Positions 34,514-42,447 of a DNA stretch of 64,000 nt are shown in pieces. Within the stretch, counting starts at the first letter, position 1. Every line of letters starts with the position of its first letter. The position numbers and the translations under genes are program-made. The notes beneath the pieces are model-generated. The model was not told the origin of the DNA and ran no database searches. It saw nothing but the letters and a program-made list of their open reading frames with translations. The DNA comes from Mycoplasma sp. CAG:776 (GTDB taxonomy: Bacteria > Bacillota_I > Bacilli_A > RF39 > UBA660), in the NCBI GenBank assembly GCA_000438195.1, contig FR903066.1, positions 55,922-119,921 on the forward strand, read 5' to 3'.

Positions 34514-36718
34514 TCAACTACTAACTGATTTTAATCCATTACTATCAAAAGTATAAGTAGTATTTGTACTAGTAATCGTAACACTAAATCCGCCATTAAC
34601 TTCTTTTACAGTATAAGAACCATTATAATTTTCTGTTCCAACATCTATTGATTCTGATAATGAAAAACTTGGATCACTATATTTATGAATATTAAGCATA
34701 TTTTTAGAATCAATTACGACATAATAATTATTTTGAAGATCTACATAATTATATGCACCATCTTCTTCTCTTAATTTATTGCCTAGAAAATCATAAACAT
34801 AATATTTACTACCATCTATAACTTTTAAATAAGTTCCCACATAATCAACAATACGATATCCATAAGCATCTGTTATTTCTCCACCAACATTACTAAATAA
34901 TTGATAAGTATTACTAGAAGTGCCAACTTCATAATAATCACCCAATTTTTCAATTGAAGTATAACTAAAAGCAATTGTTCCAGAAACGTGATCACCAATA
35001 CGAATTAATCCATATTTACCACTCTTATTCTTTGCCATAACATACGTAGCATCCGTACTTTTAAAATTTATCTTTTTCTCTTTTGTATAACTTCCACTAT
35101 CTATAGCTGTATAAGTAGCTAATTTTGCTTTCTTTTCATCCTTTTCCTTTAAATCATAAAGAACAATAGTTGGATTATTAGTGTCAATAGTATCTAAAAT
35201 AAATACATAGCGTTCATTATAAATAGGAATCCATCCAACATTACTAGATTGATCAACTTCTACTTCATTTTTACTAAAGAAAGAATCGGTTGCTACAGTA
35301 CAATTAGTTAAATCTGTAGAATTTTTATTTGTACAACTATAACTTCCTAATAAATCGGTTTCTTCTTCATCTTTATAAAAATATAATACTCCATCAAAAT
35401 AATTAATATAAGTATAATTAGCACTCATTTTCCCATCTTGTAAATCAATAGATTCTGCTTTTTCTTTTCCATCCTTTGTTAAAGTTACATCTAAAACATC
35501 ATCATTAATTTCAACTTCATAAGCTCTTTTAGTTTCAATTAACTTCTTATCTTCACTATAAACATTTAAAGGATTAAAATAAGAGTTCTCAAGGACAATT
35601 CCCTCTTCATTATATTTATTATTCTTATAATCACGAATATAAAGTTTATTACGATCAATAACAACCGCATAATCATCTAATAATTCAATAAAATCATACC
35701 CATCATCATAAATCAAATTACCATCATAATCATATAAATAATATCCACTATTATCTACAACAATATATTGATCATTATAACTCTTAACTTCATAGTTAAG
35801 TCCTTGACTTAAATTCTTTCCTTCTTCACTATAAATATAATAACGATTATTCGTTTTTACAACCAAATTACTATCACTAGCCATTCTTCCCAAATAATCA
35901 TAAGAGAATGCTAAAACTTCTTTAATTCCTTCATTACTAAAACTTAAAGCTCCATATTTATTTTTATCATTTTTAACAATAACAAAATCACTATCATTAA
36001 ATCCTTTAACTAATGAATAAGTCTCTTCTATTTCTTTATTCTCAATATTATATAAAAGAACACTTTCATCATCTAAAGATTCATTATCAAAAATAAACAC
36101 ATAATTATCCTGATAAATAGCACTAGGTCTTTCTATTAAGGTTTCATCTTCATAAACATTCTTTTCACCATCAAAATTATCTTCATTACTATAAGGAGAA
36201 ACAAAGCACAATTCTTCTGATTTGTTTTTACAATCATAACTACCAATTTCTTTATCATTTTGATCTAAAAATACTAACGTTCCATCACGATAAATATAAT
36301 TATCTTTTTCAACAATTACTTCTGGAACCTCTGGCTTCTTTTCTTCTTCCTTATTATCCTTCAAAGTCAAAAATAAAACAAGGGCAACAATCGCTAATAT
36401 AATAATAATTAAAGAAACAATAACCATAATCTTTTTCTTTTTAGACCAACTCTTCCAAATTTCTTTTAGACTTCTTTTAGGCTTTTTTTCTTTTTTCTTT
36501 TTCTCGTCTTTTTTATCAGTCTCTAACATTTCAATTTTCTCTTCTTTTTGTGGTTCTACCGCATCTTCACCACTTAACCCAAAAGTTAATTCATCAGTCA
36601 AATTGTCTTTACTAATTCCTTCCTCATCAATATTATCAATTGGAGTAGGAACATCATCTACAACAATATCAAATAAATCTTTAGTTTTCTCTAAATCGTC
36701 ATACTTCATTCTAGACAC
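34514..36718 (-). CDS. Membrane-anchored WG-repeat (KWG-like) beta-propeller-type surface protein
   Basis: Acidic cytoplasmic N-terminus, K-rich stretch, one TM (VIVSLIIIILAIVALVLFL), then repeated units such as KYGALSFSNEGIKEVLAFSYDYLG and KYGLIRIGDHVSGTIAFSYTSIEKLG. Confidence 0.65.
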   Translation of the reverse strand: MSRMKYDDLEKTKDLFDIVVDDVPTPIDNIDEEGISKDNLTDELTFGLSGEDAVEPQKEEKIEMLETDKKDEKKKKEKKPKRSLKEIWKSWSKKKKIMVIVSLIIIILAIVALVLFLTLKDNKEEEKKPEVPEVIVEKDNYIYRDGTLVFLDQNDKEIGSYDCKNKSEELCFVSPYSNEDNFDGEKNVYEDETLIERPSAIYQDNYVFIFDNESLDDESVLLYNIENKEIEETYSLVKGFNDSDFVIVKNDKNKYGALSFSNEGIKEVLAFSYDYLGRMASDSNLVVKTNNRYYIYSEEGKNLSQGLNYEVKSYNDQYIVVDNSGYYLYDYDGNLIYDDGYDFIELLDDYAVVIDRNKLYIRDYKNNKYNEEGIVLENSYFNPLNVYSEDKKLIETKRAYEVEINDDVLDVTLTKDGKEKAESIDLQDGKMSANYTYINYFDGVLYFYKDEEETDLLGSYSCTNKNSTDLTNCTVATDSFFSKNEVEVDQSSNVGWIPIYNERYVFILDTIDTNNPTIVLYDLKEKDEKKAKLATYTAIDSGSYTKEKKINFKSTDATYVMAKNKSGKYGLIRIGDHVSGTIAFSYTSIEKLGDYYEVGTSSNTYQLFSNVGGEITDAYGYRIVDYVGTYLKVIDGSKYYVYDFLGNKLREEDGAYNYVDLQNNYYVVIDSKNMLNIHKYSDPSFSLSESIDVGTENYNGSYTVKEVNGGFSVTITSTNTTYTFDSNGLKSVSS

Positions 36719-36775
36719 TCCTTTATTATTTGAATAAAGTATACCATATTTCTCTTACTTTTACTAGCCCATTAA

Positions 36776-36802
36776 AAACAAAAAAGTTAGATCGCTCTAA
36801 CT
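36776..36802 (-). terminator. Terminator after the DUF1653 gene
   Basis: Minus strand AGTTAGA-GCGA-TCTAACT followed by TTTTTTG. Confidence 0.6.
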
Positions 36803-36929
36803 AATTTTAACCACTAAAACCCCCGTAATAATATCAAGACAACCTACTCTAAAAATTAAAATATTTTGCCAAAAAATTATTTAAATTCTTATATTCATTT
36901 AGTCTGATATTATTATCTTCCCTAATCTA

Positions 36930-37178
36930 TTATTGTTCTCTAACACTTCTAATATTCTGTAATTCAAACCGATATTTTTGAACTACATCAGGATATTTTT
37001 CATGATCCACTTCCGAAGCAAACATCTCTAATGGCCTAATGTATAAACTTAAATCTCCATATAATGCCCGATAAACAACATATTTTTCTTTTGTTTCACT
37101 ATGAGTTGCTATATCCAAAACCAGATATAAATCCCCTTTAAAATGCTTATAAATAGCTTGTACCTTAATGTCATTCAT
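36930..37178 (-). CDS. DUF1653-family small protein
   Basis: [33 protein letters not shown] matches my recollection of the DUF1653 pattern. Confidence 0.6.
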   Translation of the reverse strand: MNDIKVQAIYKHFKGDLYLVLDIATHSETKEKYVVYRALYGDLSLYIRPLEMFASEVDHEKYPDVVQKYRFELQNIRSVREQ

Positions 37179-37223
37179 AACAATTTTCTCCTTTTTAATC
37201 TAAAAAAAAGTTAGATATACTAA

Positions 37224-37415
37224 CTATTCTGCATCTTTATTTTCAACTTTGATTACTTCTTCATTTTTATAGTAACCACACTTAGTACATGCACGATGAG
37301 GTCTTAAAGTTGCACCACATTTTGGACACTTAGTTAATGCTCCAACCTCTTTTTTTAAGTGAGTACGACGCATTCTTTTTTTAGTTTTACTTGTTCTTCT
37401 AAAAGGAACTGCCAT
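37224..37415 (-). CDS. rpmF: 50S ribosomal protein L32
   Basis: [19 protein letters not shown]...[20 protein letters not shown]. The start was moved to ATG 37415. A terminator AGTTAG-TATAT-CTAACT plus T8 overlaps the stop. Confidence 0.9.
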   Translation of the reverse strand: MAVPFRRTSKTKKRMRRTHLKKEVGALTKCPKCGATLRPHRACTKCGYYKNEEVIKVENKDAE

Positions 37416-37419
37416 GTTT

Positions 37420-37908
37420 TCACTCCTTCCCTTTATCCAATAATTCACTTAGCTTAGCAAATCTTGGATCAATATTATTATCTTCATTTTTATTTTCACC
37501 CAAACTCCAACCTTCACCAGAAAGATGAGCATCTTCTGTTAGAGTAAATCTCATGGGTACTTCCAGAACAATATTTTCCCACAAAATCTTCATAATATCA
37601 AGTATATTTTGCGATTTTTGATAAGTTTCTAAGAAATTTTCATCATTTAAATCATATTCTTCATCAATTTTACTAACAAAAGGATAATCTACAAAATCAT
37701 TTGTAACAGAGTCAGTTATAATCATAACCCCTGTAATCTCTAAATGGACTTCTAACATTGAAACTGAATTGAGATAAATTTCACCTTTTAAATACAAATC
37801 TTTTAAATCATGGATCTCTTTATTTTTATATATATTTAAATTAATCGAAAAATCTTGATCATATTCAAAACGATTCTCATTACTAAGTTTTACTAAATCC
37901 AATTCCAT
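37420..37908 (-). CDS. yceD: YceD/DUF177 family protein (23S rRNA accumulation protein)
   Basis: Conserved position immediately upstream of rpmF, acidic about 160-aa protein with a DPRFAKL tail. Confidence 0.75.
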   Translation of the reverse strand: MELDLVKLSNENRFEYDQDFSINLNIYKNKEIHDLKDLYLKGEIYLNSVSMLEVHLEITGVMIITDSVTNDFVDYPFVSKIDEEYDLNDENFLETYQKSQNILDIMKILWENIVLEVPMRFTLTEDAHLSGEGWSLGENKNEDNNIDPRFAKLSELLDKGKE

Positions 37909-37967
37909 AGGTATCACCTACTAAAAGTATAATATAAACGAAATAAAAATACAAGAGAATAATAGAA

Positions 37968-38915
37968 TTACGTTATTTTAACATACCAATAATCACCACT
38001 GTAGTTATCATCAGGATAAGCATTTTCCTCTTTAGAAGTAACAATATCTATAAAATCCCCTCGACTATAACTAGTATCTGAAGACTGATAAACATACCAA
38101 TAATTACCAGACCGACCATTATTAGGATAAGAAGAACTAACTTGAGAAGTAACTTGATCTAAATAACTTCCTTGCGAATAAGTATAATGAGGACTACTAC
38201 TAATAGATTGTGAGTAATAAATTATAGTACCATTTTCCCCATCACTACTATATTGATATGCAGTTTTCCCATAAACAGACGTCGTAAACCAATGTCCAAC
38301 CTCTATTCCATTTAAATTACCAGATGTTAAAGGCGAACTAACCCGACCTGTATCTGAATCAAAATTAGGTGCAGTTGTTTTTTGATGTACATAAATCTTA
38401 CGAAAACCATTAGAATTAGTAATACTTCCACTTCCACCATAAGTAGTAGAATAATAATCAATTTCTGAATCAACATCATAACGATTCCATAAATAAGTAG
38501 TTATTTTATTAAGTTGATATCGATTCCATTGATAAAAATTTGCATTTTGAAAGTATAAATAGCATTTAGTTCCCTTTGTTGTCATAGGTGTTACACTTAA
38601 ACTCTTCACTACACTATCATAACTTAACTTAATACCACTATCTTTTTCACCATTTACAGTACAATAGCTTTCTTCCGTTAATTCATAATTTCCATCAGGA
38701 ACTTGATCCATTTCTTCCCCATCTACTATAATAGCCACTATATTTAAATCTGCTAAACTATAATTGATAGTTCCATTTGCTAACGGTATACTTTGAGTAT
38801 TTTTAATCTTAGCACTCGTAAATATGAATACTATTGCACTCAAAATTACTATCACCACTATTCCTATGATAATATTTCTTTTTAAATGACTTCTTTTTAA
38901 TACTTCAAATTTCAT
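37968..38915 (-). CDS. Signal-anchored surface protein, paralogous at its N-terminus to 53744-55036; tandem YP(D/N)(D/N)..SG(D/N)YWYV repeats at the C-terminus
   Basis: MKFEVLKRSHLKRNIIIGIVV...SIPLANGTINYS...TKGTKCYLYF compares with MEFQTLKRSHLKRNIIVGVLV...SIPLVNGIINYS...TRGTKCNIYF. The C-terminus reads SYLDQVTSQVSSSYPNNGRSGNYWYVY / DFIDIVTSKEENAYPDDNYSGDYWYVK. Confidence 0.65.
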   Translation of the reverse strand: MKFEVLKRSHLKRNIIIGIVVIVILSAIVFIFTSAKIKNTQSIPLANGTINYSLADLNIVAIIVDGEEMDQVPDGNYELTEESYCTVNGEKDSGIKLSYDSVVKSLSVTPMTTKGTKCYLYFQNANFYQWNRYQLNKITTYLWNRYDVDSEIDYYSTTYGGSGSITNSNGFRKIYVHQKTTAPNFDSDTGRVSSPLTSGNLNGIEVGHWFTTSVYGKTAYQYSSDGENGTIIYYSQSISSSPHYTYSQGSYLDQVTSQVSSSYPNNGRSGNYWYVYQSSDTSYSRGDFIDIVTSKEENAYPDDNYSGDYWYVKIT

Positions 38916-39099
38916 AACTTATTCTCCTTTATGAAGTATACCTTCATTTATTTTTTTATTTATATAAGCTACGATGAGTTTCCTAGCTTATATTCAAATT
39001 ATAGTTTGAGCTAGTTCAAAAGTCAAGAAAAATATCAATATTACCCTAGTTAATCAATTTAAAAAATTTATCATGAGAAAATTAAATTGGTGAAATGTT

Positions 39100-39555
39100 A
39101 TGATATACAGTGAAAAGCTAAAATTTTTAAGAGAAGAAAAAGAAATAACTCAAAACGAACTAGCCAATTTACTTCAAATACATTCTGCTACTTATAGCCA
39201 ATTTGAAAGAGAATATACAATAATTCCTATTAAAAAGTTAAGTATTCTAGCAGATTTTTTCCATGTTTCGATCGACTATTTATTTGATTTTACAAGTATA
39301 AAACAATATACCAACACTAAAAAAGAAGTTGATTTAAAAATTTCTGGAAAAAGACTAAAAACTTTCCGTAAAGAAAATAGAATAACACAAAAAGCACTTG
39401 CTCAATTCTTAAATACTACTCAATCAAATATTGTTGGATATGAACAAGGAAAATTTATAATCGCTACTCCTTATTTATACATGATTTGTCAAAAATATAA
39501 CATCTCTGCTGATTATCTTTTAGGAAAAATAGATAATTCAAAATATTTAAAATAA
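39100..39555 (+). CDS. XRE-family regulator with two tandem HTH_3 domains
   Basis: LKFLREEKEITQNELANLLQIHSATYSQFE and LKTFRKENRITQKALAQFLNTTQSNIVGYE. It is divergent from 37968-38915. The intergenic region has palindromes TATAAGCTA/TAGCTTATA (38963-38992) and TTTGAGCTAGTTCAAA (39005-39020). Confidence 0.85.
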   Translation: MIYSEKLKFLREEKEITQNELANLLQIHSATYSQFEREYTIIPIKKLSILADFFHVSIDYLFDFTSIKQYTNTKKEVDLKISGKRLKTFRKENRITQKALAQFLNTTQSNIVGYEQGKFIIATPYLYMICQKYNISADYLLGKIDNSKYLK

Positions 39556-39610
39556 TGTCTACTTCTCTTTATTTAAATTTTCTGTTATACTAAAATAAGG
39601 TGATCATAAA

Positions 39611-40726
39611 ATGGAAGCAGTAGGAATTATTTGTGAATACAATCCTTTACATAATGGACATATTTACCATATCGAACAAGTAAAAAAATTATTTCCTGGA
39701 AAAGCAATTATACTTGTCTTAAATGGGTACTTTCTAGAACGTGGTGAAATAAGTATTTTATCAAAAGAAAACAAAGCCAAATTAGCTTTAATTTATGGAG
39801 TAGATTTAGTAGTAGAACTTCCCTTTATTTTTGGCACTCAAAGTGCTGATATTTTTGCTGATGCAGCCATCAAAATATTAGGTTATTTAGGGTGTAATTA
39901 TCTTGTTTTTGGAAGTGAAAGAAATAATGTTGAGATATTAAAAAAAGTAGCAGATATCCAAGAGCAAAAAGAATATAATGAAAAAGTAAAGGAATTACTA
40001 GCAACAGGTATAAACTACCCAACAGCCCTTGCCAAAGCTTTAAATATTGAAGAAGATATTTTTAATCCAAATGATTTACTTGGAATTTCTTATATAAAAG
40101 CCATCCAAAAAAACAAGTTAAATATTACTCCCGTAACAATTAAAAGAACAAGTACTTATCATAGTAAAACTGAAAACACTAATATAATCAGTGCTAGTAA
40201 CATAAGAAATAAATTAAAACAAAAAGAAAATATCACTAACTTTGTTCCCAGAAAAACTCTAAAACTAATTGAAAACATTTCTCTAGAAAACCTATTTCCT
40301 TATATAAAATATAAAATACTTACTGACCTAGACTTAAGTAGGTATTTAACCGTTGATGAAGGAATTGAAAATAGATTAAAAGAAAAAATAATAGATTCTA
40401 ACACTTTAGAAGAACTAATTCTAAGTATCAAAACAAAAAGATATACCTACAATAAAATAACAAGAATGCTAATTCATATTTTAATAGGACTACCAAAAGA
40501 AATTAATAAACTAGCAAATATCGAATATATCAAAATATTAGGATTCAATAAAAAAGGAAGAGAATATCTACATAATTTAAAAGAAGACTTAGAAATCTCC
40601 TTAGTTCCTATCCCTAATTCCTTACAATATAAATATGAATTAATTGCATCTCAAGTCTATAGCTTAGTCAGTAAAAATAAAATTTTAGCTTATGAAAAAA
40701 GCAATAAACCAATCTTTTTTGAATAG
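39611..40726 (+). CDS. tmcAL: tRNA(Met) cytidine acetate ligase (YlbM/UPF0348 family)
   Basis: MEAVGIICEYNPLHNGHIYHIEQ is the characteristic N-terminal nucleotidyltransferase motif of TmcAL; 371 aa. Confidence 0.8.
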   Translation: MEAVGIICEYNPLHNGHIYHIEQVKKLFPGKAIILVLNGYFLERGEISILSKENKAKLALIYGVDLVVELPFIFGTQSADIFADAAIKILGYLGCNYLVFGSERNNVEILKKVADIQEQKEYNEKVKELLATGINYPTALAKALNIEEDIFNPNDLLGISYIKAIQKNKLNITPVTIKRTSTYHSKTENTNIISASNIRNKLKQKENITNFVPRKTLKLIENISLENLFPYIKYKILTDLDLSRYLTVDEGIENRLKEKIIDSNTLEELILSIKTKRYTYNKITRMLIHILIGLPKEINKLANIEYIKILGFNKKGREYLHNLKEDLEISLVPIPNSLQYKYELIASQVYSLVSKNKILAYEKSNKPIFFE

Positions 40727-40727
40727 T

Positions 40728-41555
40728 TTATTGCTTTTCTTTTTGACACATAGAACAATAATAAGTACTTCTTCCTCCTACTTTTACATTTTCTATTAAA
40801 GTACTGCACTCTAAACATGGTTCTTTCTCTCTTTTATGTACTTTTAAATTCTGCTGAAATCTCCCGGTTACACCTAAACTAGAAGTATAACTTCGAATTG
40901 TAGTACCACCCATTCGGATTGCTTCGCGAATAATTATATCTGAGCCAACCACAATTTGTTCACATTCATCTTTTGTAAGATTACACGCAGGTTTTAAAGG
41001 ATTAATTTTAGCATAAAACAAAACCTCATTTGCATAAATATTTCCAAGTCCACTAATTATAGTTTGATCTAACAATACAGTTTTAATGGGAAGTTTTTTA
41101 TTTTTAAACTTCTTTAATAAATACTCACTTGTTAGCTGTTCATCACCAGGCTCTAACCCCTGCTTTTTTATACTTTCTACATTTTCTAAATCAGCTTTTA
41201 AAACAAGATTCATTCTTCCAAATTTGCGAGTATCACAGTATCTTAAAGTTGTATCATCTTCAAAAATAAATATCACATGTTCATGTTTTTCTTTTACTTC
41301 ATTTTTATCTTTAATAAAATATTTACCTTCCATTCTCAAATGAGATAACAAATAATAATGTTCTGTCTCAAAAATTAACCATTTTCCTCTTCTTTTAATA
41401 TCAATAAAAGATGCACCAATCAAATTTTTCTTAAAAGAGACTAAATCACTTTCAATCATTGGCTCATAAAATACTTTTACCTCTTTTATTTTCTTATTTA
41501 GAATTCTTTCTTTTAAAGTATTTCTTACTGTTTCAACTTCTGCTATTTCTGGCAT
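40728..41555 (-). CDS. mutM: Formamidopyrimidine-DNA glycosylase
   Basis: N-terminal MPEIAEVETV (catalytic Pro2/Glu3), H2TH region, C-terminal zinc finger CLECS...YYCSMCQ. Confidence 0.9.
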   Translation of the reverse strand: MPEIAEVETVRNTLKERILNKKIKEVKVFYEPMIESDLVSFKKNLIGASFIDIKRRGKWLIFETEHYYLLSHLRMEGKYFIKDKNEVKEKHEHVIFIFEDDTTLRYCDTRKFGRMNLVLKADLENVESIKKQGLEPGDEQLTSEYLLKKFKNKKLPIKTVLLDQTIISGLGNIYANEVLFYAKINPLKPACNLTKDECEQIVVGSDIIIREAIRMGGTTIRSYTSSLGVTGRFQQNLKVHKREKEPCLECSTLIENVKVGGRSTYYCSMCQKEKQ

Positions 41556-42447
41556 ATTCGTCCTCCTTGTTTCTATCTTTTTTTATTTTATTATAAAGTT
41601 CCAAGAAATCCTGAAGAACCAATTGATCTCTCTTTTTAGTGGTTTGAAATAATTGCTCAGAATTAAAAGCAACTTGATATCTTTTTAAATCTAATTGATA
41701 AATTTTATCACATAATTCTTTTAAAGAAAAATAATGTTCTTCTCCCAAAAATTTTCGAAGAGATTGATCATCCTTTGTAAGTTCTGCTTCCATAAAAACA
41801 TCAAATAAAGAAAAACGATCACACAAAATATTTGCAACAAAGCTAACTCCCCCATATGCATTACTTTTAAAATTTGGCTCTATAAATTGTTGCATCATTT
41901 TTTCTTCAAAAATACAGTTTAACCCTTCTTCAAGTCCCATATTTTTTTCAGAAATAAACTCTCTTTTTACTTCTCCATCTTGAACAGTTAATAAAAACTT
42001 TTCTTCTATAAACCCACTTCTTCTAACTAGCATATTTCCTTCAATTTGATATTCATTTTGAAAAGCTTTTAAAGCATGACCAAGTTCATGAATAAAAGAA
42101 GAAATAGAATTTACAGAATCCACTGAAAAATTAGAAACGACAATAATTCTTTTAATTTCCTGAATAGAATAATTTTTTCCATCATACTTTAAAACAGGAA
42201 AAGAAGAATAAACTCCACTCGCTCTTTTAAGTTCCTCGCTACCAACTATAGAATTTATTTCTAACATATTTCTTTCAACTAACACATCATATACATTTCG
42301 ATTAAAAACAAAAGGAACCTGAAGAAAAACTTGTTCAACCAAGTTTTTCCAATCACTCCCTAAAAAATGAATACAACCTTGATAAATCTTTTTTAAAAAA
42401 GGAACAAAATCTTCAGGATAAAGCTTTACAATTTCATCTATCTCCAT
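41533..42447 (-). CDS. Hypothetical protein with HExxH zinc-metalloprotease-like motif
   Basis: SSFIHELGHALKAF. It is sandwiched in the polA-mutM operon: its start abuts the polA stop and its end overlaps mutM by 23 nt. Confidence 0.55.
   Translation of the reverse strand: MEIDEIVKLYPEDFVPFLKKIYQGCIHFLGSDWKNLVEQVFLQVPFVFNRNVYDVLVERNMLEINSIVGSEELKRASGVYSSFPVLKYDGKNYSIQEIKRIIVVSNFSVDSVNSISSFIHELGHALKAFQNEYQIEGNMLVRRSGFIEEKFLLTVQDGEVKREFISEKNMGLEEGLNCIFEEKMMQQFIEPNFKSNAYGGVSFVANILCDRFSLFDVFMEAELTKDDQSLRKFLGEEHYFSLKELCDKIYQLDLKRYQVAFNSEQLFQTTKKRDQLVLQDFLELYNKIKKDRNKEDEYARNSRS

Noticed and set aside
34310-34528. 72-aa plus-strand ORF, and the 5' extension of the NUDIX ORF (34275-34331).
   Set aside because: Both overlap the T-box leader, whose conserved RNA elements explain the sequence. 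The real NUDIX start has a strong SD at 34274.
36776-37224. Two similar terminators (AGTTAGA...TCTAACT plus T-run) after rpmF and after the DUF1653 gene, considered as a repeat family or REP-like element.
   Set aside because: There are only two short copies with different loops. This is adequately explained as ordinary intrinsic terminators.
41086-41343. 85-aa plus-strand ORF inside mutM; likewise 46594-46794 inside divIVA, 51920-52108 and 54046-54321 inside the surface-protein genes, 55404-55797 inside the binding-protein gene, and 57246-57476 inside the permease gene.
   Set aside because: All are antisense or alternative-frame shadows of motif-supported genes, with no independent start signals.
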